Assembly: GCA_030704615.1 (NCBI GenBank)
Contig: CM060733.1
Span: forward strand, 27,156,001 to 27,220,000
Direction: 5' to 3'
Length of the DNA: 64,000 nt
Source: Takakia lepidozioides
Lineage: Eukaryota; Plantae; Bryophyta
The position numbers and the translations under genes are program-made. Shown piece after piece: positions 53,021-64,000 of this stretch; within the stretch, counting starts at the first letter, position 1; every line of letters begins with the position of its first letter. The notes beneath the pieces are model-generated. The model worked only from the letters and a program-made list of their open reading frames with translations. It was not told the origin of the DNA and did not search any database.

Positions 53021-56000
53021 CTAGGGAAAGTTCTTACGAAGATCATCTTTGCTCTCCCATGTAGATTCTTCTACAGGGTAATTCTTCCACTTGATCAAGA
53101 ATTCATTCCAAGAACGAGATCTCAAGGTTTTCACCTCTATCTTAAGAATCTCTTCTGGTTCTGCCACAATTTCTCCTTCAGTTGTGACCTTTGGCAAGTC
53201 TGGGAGAACATGACTGGGATCTGAAACATATTTCCTTAAGAGGCTCACATGAAATACGTCATGTATCTTCCACGTAACAGGCAGTTCCAGCTGGTAGGCG
53301 ACTTTGCCAATCTTTTTGATAATCTTGAAAGGTCCACAGTACCTTGGGGAGAGCTTGTAACACTTTCCTAGGCTCAACTGGCTCTTCTTAGGGATCACTT
53401 TAAAAAATACTTGATCTCCAATCTCAAATTCCCTAAAAGACCTTTTCTGATCAGCATAGGTCTTTGCCCTTTCCTGAGCTCTCCTCATGCTATCCTTCAT
53501 CAAGTCTATCTCTTGTTGCATCCTTGCTATCATCTGATTGACACTTTCGACCTTAGTATTTGAAACGTGCCAAGATGCTGGTGTCAAGCAATCTTGCCCG
53601 TAGACAGCTTCGAATGGGCTTACCCCAATAGCTGTATGTATGTTCTTATTATAGGCAAACTCACAAAAATGCAAATATTGCTCCCAAGAGCTTTGCCTTT
53701 GCCCCACATACATTCGGAGCATGTCTTCTAAGGTTCTATTTGTCCTCTCTGTCTGAGCATCAGATTCTGGGTGGTAAGCACTGCTAAAACATAATCTGGT
53801 ATTCAAAGCTTTGAACAAAGCAGTCCAAAATCCACTTGTAAACTTCGAATCCCTGTCAAACACAATTTCTCCTGGCAATCCATGCAATCTGTATATCTCT
53901 TTTACAAAGAGATTAGCTGTGTCTATAGCAGTTGCACTCATCTTTGTGGGTATGAAATGCGCCTACTTTGACAAGCGATCAATTACCACAAAGATGGCAT
54001 CATGTCCATTTCTTGTCTTAGGCAATGAGACCATGAAATCCATACTTATAGATTCCCACTTTGCCCTAGGCACATTCAGAGGTTGCAAAAGTCCATGAGT
54101 CTTGATCTGTTCTGTCTTGGTTACCTGACAATGGTAACACCTTTCAACATAATCTCGTATGTTCTTCTTCATCCTAGGCCAGAAAAACTGTTTCCTGATT
54201 GCAAGATACGTTTTCTGAAAGCCAGGATGACCTGCAATGGGTATGTTATGACTGTCGTACATGATCTTTAGTCTAAAGTGTGCAACCTGAGGGATGCATA
54301 GACGCCCGTCATAGTACAACAACCCATCCTTCAACAAATAAGGAAGATACTTGCCAATTTCATCAGGATTCTTAACCCCACGAGACAGGCTTTCAAACGG
54401 GCCAGCAAAATATGCGTCTTTAGCATACTGACCTCTTATCTCAGCTATCATAGTGCTTCTTATCATTGAAATAGCAGTTGCCCACTTTCTTCTGGACAAC
54501 GCATCTGCCACCACGTTCTCTTTCCCCTTCACATAATGCATTTCAAAGAAGAACTGTTGGAGGAACTCTACCTAACGACATTGTCTGCGACTGAGGTTGG
54601 GTTGTGTGGCCAGATACTTCAAGCTTTCATGGTCTGTCTCAATCTTAAATTCCCTTCCCAACAGATAATGCTGCCGAACCTTTAAGGCATGTATGATGGC
54701 TAGCAATTCTTTTTCATGCACTGGGTAGTTTAGCTCTGCTAGGCTTAGTTTTCTAGACTCATAAGCTATTACCTGTCCGTGTTGCATTAACACAGCTCCT
54801 ATGGCCAGGTCACTTGCATCTGTGCAAAGTACTAGACCACCTATCTTGTAATCCATTAATTTCAAGACATGAGCATGTGTTAACATATCTTTAAGCTTTT
54901 CAAAGCTTTCATTACAATCCTCGGTCCAGGTAATCGCTCCTATGCCTTTCAGCAGGCTAGTGAGAGGGGTTGCAATCTTGGAGAATGCCTTTATAAATCT
55001 TCTATAAAAGCTTGCAAGTCCCAAGAATGCTCTCACATCTGTTCTATCCTTCGGGACTGGCCATTCTGCCACAGTCTTTACCTTCTTGGGATCAACTAAA
55101 ATGCCATCTTTTGACACTATAAATCCCAAGTATTCCATTTGGGAAACAAAAAACTCACACTTGCTCTTCTTAGCATAGAGTTTATTCTCTCTCAAAATCT
55201 CAAGGACACTTTTCAAGTGTTCTATGTGTTCTTCTTCAGACTTCGAATAGATTAAATGTCATCCATGAAGACTAACAAAAATTCCCCAGATACTTTCTGA
55301 ACAAGGTATTCATTAAGCACATGAAAGTGGCTGGTGCATTTGTGAGTCCAAAAGACATTACTGTATATTCATAGTGGCCAAATCTAGTTCTGAAGGCCGT
55401 CTTAAACGTGTCCGAGTCTTTGACACTGATCTGATGGTATCCACTTCGTAGGTCTATCTTTGAAAATACTTGCGCACCATGCAAGTAATCAAATAAGTCA
55501 TCTATCCTCGGAAGTGGAAACTTGTTCTTTATAGTTAGTTTATTCAACCATCTGTAGTCCGCACACAACCTTAAAGTCCCGTTTTTTTTTTTTTTTGAAC
55601 AACACTAGTGCTCCCCAAGGAGACTTGTTAGGCTTAATATAACCTTTCTCTAGCTAATCAGCCAGCTGTCTCTCCAATTCTTCATTCTCCACCAAAGAAT
55701 GCCTATAAGGAATCCTCGAGACAGGAACTACTTCAGGAACCAACTCAATGGCATGATCTACATCCCTTTCAGGAGATAGTCCAGGCAAATCACTAGGAAA
55801 CACATCTGAAAATTCAAATAGGACCTTATCTGCTCTGTTGAGATTGTTCAACTCCACTTCAATGCCTTCATCATCATTCTCATGAATGCTTACGAAGAAC
55901 AGCTGACCAGCCGTCTTCCGTATGCATCGCTTCATTTGAAGGGCTGACAACAAGGGAACATTGGGTAGGGCTCTCGTACCTGTAAGCTTGAATCGCTTAC

Positions 56001-56229
56001 CACTAGGCAACACCCCTTCCATTGAGCAATTTCGGCATGCCACTTGAGCGCCCACAGCTACCAGTCACTGCATTCCCAAGATGATGTCGTACCTTGCGCC
56101 ATCCCAAACCTCAAAATCTACCTCAGTGATGATCCCTTGCATTGTAACAGGGATCTCCAAGCTTCTGTTGTTGGTAGATCATGCATCTCCATTGGGCAAT
56201 AGAATGGTACTGGTGCCAACCTCCTTCAA
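53021..56229 (-). pseudogene. Gypsy pol (PR end, RT, RNase H, integrase, chromodomain), disrupted
   Basis: [23 protein letters not shown]; CTDASDLAIGAVL; GHPG..FFWP; DRDSKFTS; GPFKI; EFLIKWKNYP..STWE. Stops and frameshifts present. Confidence 0.92.
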
Positions 56230-57612
56230 CTACAGCTTGCACTTGTTTGCAAAATTTTGAGACAAGAAGTTATGGCTGCTTCCTGGGTCAATCAAAACAG
56301 TCGTGGTTTCTCTTCCCACCTGACCATTGAATCGTATGACTGTGGGATTATGGTCTATCTTCTCACCCATCACAGCTGCTGAGATCCTCAGCTGTTTACC
56401 TTTGTTTGTCCCAGGTGCATCCACATCCATCTTATCCTTAACCTCTTGCATAATCACAGCTGCAGCTGCGCGTTGTACACGTCTGGGACACTCGAACGCC
56501 CAATGGCCTTTCTCATGACAGATAAAACACTGACCCAACCGTCGGTGTTCTTCCTGTTCCTTCTTTGATAGGCGTTTGGTCGCTGAGGCTCCAAACTTCT
56601 GATTACCCCGAGGATCAGTCTTCGTTGTCTTCTTATTGAACCTTTTCCAGTTCTTTCTTTTCTGACCTCCACCAAAAGGGAGTGACCTCGGCTTGAAATC
56701 CCTATCAGTAGGTGCACTTGCGCCCAGATGTGCTCTGTGCTGGCTCTCAAAATTGATAGCTAGTCTATATGCATCAGCCTTTGTCTTCGGCTCATATGCC
56801 TGAACCAAAAATCTGATTGCTTTGTCTAGCCCAGTCAGGAAGAAATCCACCCTGTCAGACTCCTTCAAGGAATAGAAGTATGAAGCGTGTTCGTGAAACT
56901 TCACCTTGTAGTCTGCCACACTCATTCTTCCCTGGCTAAGTTCCATCAAACCCATCTTCATCTTGTGCGCATAATCCTCTGGCAGGTACTGTTCTTTGAA
57001 GACCCGCTTGAACTTAGCCCATGTGGTGATCGGGTCCACTCTCCCTTCCAGACCCGGCTTCTCTTTCATTCTAATCCACCATTCTTTAGATTTGCCTCTC
57101 ATTTGCAATGAGGTTGTGCGGATCTTATCTGCATCCGTATAGTCCTCACTGAAGAACTCTTCCAGAGTCTTCAGAAAAGACAACACCTCAGTGCAAGGCT
57201 CATTTGGGCGACCATGGAATTCAGGAAGATGCGTCATCTTCCTAATTTCCTTGTCAACCGTTCTTCTCTTAGAATCCCTTGCCATCATGGAGCGGCTATC
57301 CTGCGAGGATGCACCAGAGGCAGAATCACCTCTAGCCTCTTTTCTTTTTGTCCTAGTTCTTGCATGTAGATCATTATGGGGAGCACTTACTGGTTGGTCT
57401 ACTGCTTGCTGGTCGGGTAGCACCGCCGGTGGAGTTGGATTTGCTGTAGGTCTCTTGCCAACAGCGGCTATGCCCTCCTTCACTCCACTAGCCACCGCCT
57501 CGCAAATGACCTGAGCTAGATCTCCCGCTTTCATAGTGATAAGTTCTTCTGGTACAACAATTTCTTGTGTTTTCTCAATTGCAGCCTGTGTATGGCTTGT
57601 CTGTCCTTCCAT
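56230..57612 (-). CDS. Gypsy gag plus protease start
   Basis: Retrotrans_gag-like W..FK..F; CFICHEKGHWAFEC; LIDPGSSHNF. Confidence 0.9.
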   Translation of the reverse strand: MEGQTSHTQAAIEKTQEIVVPEELITMKAGDLAQVICEAVASGVKEGIAAVGKRPTANPTPPAVLPDQQAVDQPVSAPHNDLHARTRTKRKEARGDSASGASSQDSRSMMARDSKRRTVDKEIRKMTHLPEFHGRPNEPCTEVLSFLKTLEEFFSEDYTDADKIRTTSLQMRGKSKEWWIRMKEKPGLEGRVDPITTWAKFKRVFKEQYLPEDYAHKMKMGLMELSQGRMSVADYKVKFHEHASYFYSLKESDRVDFFLTGLDKAIRFLVQAYEPKTKADAYRLAINFESQHRAHLGASAPTDRDFKPRSLPFGGGQKRKNWKRFNKKTTKTDPRGNQKFGASATKRLSKKEQEEHRRLGQCFICHEKGHWAFECPRRVQRAAAAVIMQEVKDKMDVDAPGTNKGKQLRISAAVMGEKIDHNPTVIRFNGQVGRETTTVLIDPGSSHNFLSQNFANKCKL

Positions 57613-59934
57613 CGACTCTGGATGTGCTACACCTACCTTTAGAGATTATATTCCATTGAAGCAACGAGCTTCCAGAGCCGAATGTCAATTGGCTCATAAA
57701 CCACAAATCCCAAAAAGGTCGAAATCTGCTCTGATACCAAGATCTCACATTCCTTAGTCTTTCAACTAGTTTAGGTCTATTTGATTTTTCTTTTCTTCTC
57801 TTTCGTGGTCTATTTGATTTTTCTTTTCTTCTTCTCTGCACACCATCTGTCTCCAACTAATTCTTGGCCCAATCAACAATGCAAAGCTCATAGACTTTAG
57901 GCATTATCACAGTGCCAAGTAGAGCCCACAGTGGCTCTTGCCACGTTCCTGTCACACGCTTAGTGCTCACAATACCTTTCTTCATTCCAGGCATGTACAA
58001 TTACACGATAGCAACTCACGCCAAACATCCGCTCGGGTCCCAACAATCTAAAAGTCCCTGGACAGGTACAGTATGAATTCACAACGATGGCACATGGTAC
58101 TGGAACATATCCAGCCCTCCCAGCCTCCACACCATGCACGATTCTCCCTCGTTCCAGCTCTGTTCTTTAATCTCGCGGCACTTTCTCGATGCATTTTTCT
58201 CTATCCCTGTTCACAGCTCATATCTACGACTTTTCACACCAGGGAGAGAGAGAGAGAGAGAGAATCCCTAATCTTTTCTATATCACATCCTATTCACATA
58301 TAGCCATGATCACATAGAGCCTGCCACCTCCTGCTTCATCACATGACAGCCCCATTCTTCTCGCCAGACAGTTGTTGAACCGAGATGAACGCTTCAACGC
58401 CCCGCCAAACCTGTCATAGGTTCGAGTTCACAGGGATGTTATAACATCCTAATTTCATACCAGATACCGATAGTAAAAGCAGTTTGCCTTTACTTCACTC
58501 AGCAACTAGGGTTCCAATCCAGTCCACACAATATTACTGCACCATAGTTCAGTCAAAGTCCCTCGGACTCCAAATGAAGAAAGCTCGCAGGTCCCAACAT
58601 TGTGAAGGATCTTAAGGAAATCCTGCCAGCGGTGTTCCATGCAAAACAAATGAAGGTTGCCTGCTGCCTCTTCAACAATTACCCAACACAAAGTTCTACC
58701 TCATTCGCTCCTTCAATCGCTCCAACATTCTCCACGGACCACCTCCTGTTCAGTCAGCTTATCTTTCCTGCATTAAATGTTTCAGCCAAAGTGTTCGTGC
58801 AGATCGACACACGACCCACGACCTTCGGCTATGGCGTAGAGGAAGGAGGAGAGCCAGGAAAATTGGCGAGCAAAATCAAGGGAAATCGGGCAGGGGCAGG
58901 GTTCAACAATGGTTTAAAACTTAAATTGCGCGCTTAATAGTTTTGTGGCATAGTAAATAACCCTGCTCATCACTCCGTTGCCTCTCGCGTTCCCAGTTTG
59001 CCACAGAGAGTACTTGCACGATGATCTCTTGCGTTCTGGTAGTTTTGCAGCTCTATTCACTGATGATACATGGTTCAGATCATTGGCCAAATCTTCCGAG
59101 CTCAGTATATGAGATTCATGATAGAGCTCGATGACCCTACTTCATGCCGTTCGGTACTTTGCAGCTTGTCAGGATCCACTTTACCAAGCAAATTTCAAGT
59201 TCAACATGCCTCTAGAGCTATGGCTCCCTCCCATTTCCTTTGCGCAGACTTGTGCCCAAAAGACCGACCACTTCTAAATTGCTAACGTGAAACACATAAT
59301 GGTTCTTTGACCTCCTTGATAATTTGTGTTTTCAAGGTCTGGCGACCTTGTGGAGGCGATGTACCGAATTCCCGCCATCAACACTTGATTTGCAAGCAGG
59401 CCGCTACGTCCGCCGTGGTGAGATGCCTCCAGACCCAGTGAGCTAATTTGTGCGTGTGAATTTCACAATTCCAGGCCCCAATCGCTGGTCATTAGGTTAG
59501 AATTACTGGTATCTTAGAGGGTTTGTTGGTTAGACCCAGCTGGCTTCTGAATTATATGGAAGGGGTGTTATGGACATGTATGTACATCAGCTTTTGATTG
59601 ATCATCACCTCCAGGGGGCCTACTATATAAACTGCTTTTGCCCAGTTCATCCTACACGAGTAGAGCACGAGTAGGTGTACGGAGGATCGTATTCGTGGAC
59701 CGTTCCAAGTTGTAAGAGCTCTAAATTACATATGATGCATCTGCAAGAAAGTGTCGTCTGCGTCAATTCAACGTTGAAGCTTTCATGGGAAAGCGGGCCC
59801 CTAATCCTGAATCCATGATGTGCACAATCCTGGGTTTTGCATGTATAGGGTGTCACTTACTAGTAAGAAAGAAAGGGGTTGACCAACATTCGAGCATCCC
59901 TGTCTGATTGCAGGTTGAAGAAGGAAAAGTTTGC

Positions 59935-60298
59935 TTATACATGTATACAAATTATCGGATCCGTGATGAATCTGGACCACCATATACGAATTCTGCGACA
60001 AAAGCAAATGAGCCGTATGCGTCTTCCACACAAAGTTGCACGTCCACGATGGCGGGTGATTATAGTCGATATAAAACGTGAAGGTGTAAATCCGGCCGGA
60101 GGTGGTTGTGATGATACCTTTGGGATCCCCCAGAGTCTCAGAAACGCATTGAACTCGCACCTCCGATGGGTCAGGATTTGCACCGGGCAGCCCGGGTAAC
60201 ACCGTCCTCGATCTGAATCTCAACACCCACCACAGCGCTGATCGCCATCGCTGCCAACAGCAGCGCCACCACGCAGTACTGAGGATTGCCTTCGTCAT
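59935..60298 (-). pseudogene. SPH duplicate, pseudogene
   Basis: Inverted paralog of 17912-18364; compensating deletions scramble the signal peptide and a later frameshift removes the C-terminal Cys pair. Confidence 0.85.
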
Positions 60299-60816
60299 AC
60301 TCAAAGCAACTCACACGCGACAGAGGAACGACTGCAAAAGAGCACGTTTTGTGTGAGGATGTCTTACAATATATAGTCCGGCCCTGCGTGAGTCTCGGGG
60401 GTACGACCCTTTGTCCAAGTTGGTCGATCAGACGGGTATGGAATGGACCACCAATTAGACAGAATATGCTCCGAATATCTCATCGGTATGGTTGGGTCGG
60501 TTTATCGATAGATTATGCCTCAGGGACAGCCTCGAGCACAGCACTTCAGGCCTAGGCTCGGGACCCTCGAGCAGAGCTGTTCAGGCCTAGGCAGTCCCGA
60601 GCGGCACCGGAGCCTCGAGCAGAGCAGTTCAGGCCTCGGCAGTCCCGAGCGGCACCGGAGTTCTGAGTATATATACAGGAGGTCATCTTCATGAATGCAG
60701 TTCACATTTCTGAAGGTAGTGAAGAGATAGAGGGCCGTCAAGGTCAGGATCCAATCGACTTTGTTCTTCAAACCAGTCCATCAAATCGGCTTCGCTCTTC
60801 AAACCAGTCTCGATCG

Positions 60817-63056
60817 ATGGCAACAGCAACGATGATGCTGAACTGCGATCAGTTAAGTTATTCATGACAGGAAGAGTCTCTCTCTTCACCTCCGATTTTC
60901 ATTTGACAATCCTTTGACATAGCTGGAGTTATGACTTGGGCAATGGGTCGTGTACAGATCTGGCTAGCGTTTAGCACCTATAGGCTTAGACTCTTTTTGG
61001 AATTCTCAAGTGCATGACCAACTGTTAAGTGTACTCCTTGAGCTTTTCTATCTACTTGAAATCTTAGATACTGTGTGCTTGCCTGAAACTGCACGATGAT
61101 CAATGCCTTAGAGATATCGCCTTGGAACTGTAATTTGCAACGTAGTATTGTGACACAAGAGTAGCTCGGATTGCTCAGGCTTGCCTCCTGCACCTGTCAG
61201 TTTTTCACTGTCTCGATTGCTTGCTTCTGAACTACAGTGGCTCAAACATGCACTAGTTACAATTTCTCAATTTAATATCCTTCTATTCGGTGAGACTGAC
61301 AATGACCACTCGCATGATTGTGAATTCATATTGCAGTGGGGATCCCACTATGTTCGAGTCCTACTGGGATTATGCAGGAGTTGAGCACGAACATTTGACC
61401 CGTGCCAACGATCGCATGAGCTACTTTGTGGAAAACAAGAGATACAACAATGCAGGCATCTGGTTTGTCCATGGAGATCTTCACGTTGCAATCAGGGATT
61501 TGCATGATCTTGTTGGCAACGCGATTGTGAAAGATCGCTTTCTCATCGTCGGCACAGGATCGACCCACCCTCTCCTAGCTGCAGTTTATGCTTTGTCGAA
61601 TCCAGAAGAAGCGTCTCCAACACCAGTGATTTCCGCTGCTCCATATTACTCCGTATGATTCATTCTTATTTCATCGATTAATTTACTCCCTCATACCTTA
61701 ACGTACTCGAAATGCTGACCTCTGACCTACATTAACTGCTTGCAGTGATTAAAGATCTGTTATCCTGCTTAGTGAGGTTGAGGGAATTCTCTATCTTAAC
61801 TTATCGTTCGATCTTCATGCGACTCAAAATGTTTTTTACTACCGCAGTAAATGTATCTTCAGAACAGTGGCTCTAGTTCGTCAATTCAGGTGATCTAACG
61901 GTATTTCATGTGCTGTTGATCGACCCATCAAGCAGGCGTATCCAGCACAGGTCCACTTTCTGAGGTCTGGTCTCTTTAAGTGGGGCGGCGATGCAAGAAC
62001 CTTTTCGAGGAAGTCATCTGATGATGCGTACATTGAGGTGGTTACATCTCCCAACGATCCCGACGGAACAATCCGCGAAGTTTTGGAGGTGAACGCTTCT
62101 GGCCGGTCAGTGATTCATGACCTGGCTTATTACTGGCCAACGTTCACACCAATCACGGGTGCGAAAGATCACGACGTAACTTTTCACACTTTCCAAGTGC
62201 ACAGGACATGCTGGATCGCGCATTGGGTATGACCTTTAAACAATTCGTCTGTTTGATTCTAGTCTGCTTACACAAGTTTAATATGCCTAGATTGGATGAA
62301 GTCCTGAACAACATGGGTTAAATAGAATTTCTTCGTTATGTACGCTCCGTGGACAACATACATATCTCTCATCTCCAGAGGTTTGTTCGTTTTGTAGGTG
62401 GGCTATTGTGAAATCCCCTGAGATGGCTAAAAAGATGGCGAAGTTTATTGAGATGACTACCATTGGTGTATCTCAAGATTCTCAGATTCGTGCGACTATT
62501 ATGATTCGAGCTGTTGTGAGTGGTTACAAGCGGTCAACCTTAAGCAGGCCTCCTTCCGAGAACCTCACTTTGGACAGCGGAGACTCAGCTTCTTCAGTCC
62601 ATATTGAATTGATGAAGAAAAAGCTATTTTTTCATTTTGGCAAGGAGGTGATGGAGGCTCGTTGGAAAGCAGTTCGATCTGCGTTACATGGCAACGCAAA
62701 TTTTACCATCCCTGACTTCTCATCGCCTGCTTACTGCACCTTCATGGGGACGACGTACTTTACCAATCCAGGTAGGGTCCAGGTACTTGCATGAGAGTTC
62801 ACGAAACTTTTTTGTTTTAAATTGCATTCTATAATAGATAAGTAACTCTTACATCGTACTGTGATGTCTGCTGGCAGCATTTCTATGGCTGAAGAGCAAG
62901 GAGGAGGAAGACTGCCGGAAGGCCCTCCTCCGAGCAGGCATTCTTGCACGAGGTGGAGAAGCTTTTGGTGACTCCGCACAGTATTGCAGGGTGAGCTTGG
63001 TGGATCGCCAGCCTGCAGTTGATGCCTTGATTGAAAGGCTTGCCTCCCTACAATGA
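60817..63056 (+). pseudogene. TAA1/TAR duplicate, pseudogene
   Basis: Same 5-exon layout; in-frame deletion in exon 1; 2-bp deletion near 62178 (gtaacttttc vs gtgatgcttttc) shifts the frame just before the PLP lysine. Confidence 0.88.
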
Positions 63057-63716
63057 CAGAGCAGGCAGATAACGTTCCCTCATGAAAAAATTATTAATGG
63101 GCAGGGGCCTTTTTCAGGTAGTCATGAGTCTAGAAATAGTCATGCCAAGTTCCAGGCAATGTCGATCCAGATTTAACTTGATCAGCCTATGATTGTTACT
63201 ACATTACAGTAGCTGAAACAGAAACTTTGTTGGCCGTCTTGTTTAGTTTCGACATCATTGGCATTTGGTCCACTTCAATAAAGCTTGCTTTCATTGAAGA
63301 GAACACTCCACACAGTCCGTTTTTAGTGCAGGTATTTTCTGGACAGGAAAAATTGCTTCCATGCGTGACTAGCTCTGAATGCACAGGTTGTGAAGGCGTT
63401 GTGAAATGCATTTTCTTCACAGAACTTTTGTCGACTGGATGAAAACACCCGTCTCTGTAGACATATGTGTCATCCTGCACGAGAATAGTTGGGAGGCCAA
63501 AACCCCAACCCCGTCTTTACTTGAGCAGACCCTGCTTGCAGCTCAAGAGTTTATGCTGCCTTCCGGTGTTCCGTTTGATGGCTTTGATTGGCCAGCTTTA
63601 GGTGTGGAGAGGATGGGGAAGTAGTTAGTATGCAGAACCGTCTTCCTTCCGGAATTCAGGTGGTCAGTCGGTGGACGGGTGAAGTGAGAGCTTCAAAAGC
63701 AGATCCGTCCTTGATC

Positions 63717-64000
63717 GACCTGCTCGATGAACTCCCCAGGAAGTTATCCTTGAAAGTCATCATCGCCGTCGTCAAGCTCCATCTCCATGTTGATAGGTTC
63801 GGTCAACCTCATTTTTTATCTTTTTATCATCTCCCACTGAAGAACCAAGGTCTACTGAACTTTAAATTGGGATATCTTCATTGAATACCACATCCCGGCT
63901 GATTCTGAGCCTTCCGTTGCTTCCTCAATCAGCCGGTAAGCTTTAGAATCCAGACTATACCCCACAAAAACACAGTTAGTGCTTTTAGCTTCAAGTTTGT
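63717..64000 (-). mobile_element. Ty1/copia pol fragment (post-integrase SH3-like region)
   Basis: KLEAKSTNCVFVGYSLDSKAYRL...ISRDVVFNE on the minus strand. Confidence 0.85.

Larger units (their letters stand above)
52281..58443 (-). mobile_element. Full-length Ty3/gypsy chromovirus; LTRs 52281-52978 and 57743-58443
   Basis: Near-identical ~700-bp LTRs; TSD ACATC (52276-52280, 58444-58448); PBS gctctgatacca 57728-57739; PPT ~52979-52991; gag-PR-RT-RH-IN-chromodomain order. Confidence 0.95.
59935..63716. repeat. Right arm of the inverted segmental duplication
   Basis: Reverse-complement match to 14819-18285; truncated at 63716 by copia sequence. Confidence 0.9.

Overview
Eukaryotic genomic DNA with spliceosomal introns, almost certainly a seed-free land plant (PLS/DYW PPR debris, TAA1-type aminotransferase, CYP85-clan P450, SPH protein). 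The left third holds intact host genes: a 9-exon CYP85-clan P450, a DUF3143 plastid protein, a DTW-domain tRNA acp transferase, and a head-to-head TAA1/TAR + SPH pair. That pair recurs as an inverted, pseudogenised duplicate at the right end. Between the two copies lies a nest of transposons: a three-LTR gag-only copia, a 5'-truncated RNaseH+RLE LINE, a PPR-DYW pseudogene with a solo LTR, and a full-length chromovirus with atypical termini. The main discovery is a 23,037-bp DNA transposon (28297-51333) bounded by 30-bp TIRs and an AACA 4-bp TSD. It encodes a Sola-like DDE transposase, a ParB/Srx-like plus degenerate methyltransferase-like protein and three FCP1/HAD-like domains. It also carries a telomere-like subterminal array and at least 12 dispersed copies of a 24-bp operator/parS-like palindrome (AACSTCSACTG-N2-CAGTSGASGTT) that I found nowhere else in the window. 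A 4.5-kb Pack-CACTA carrying PPR fragments is nested inside it. All family assignments come from motif recognition by eye; no searches were run.
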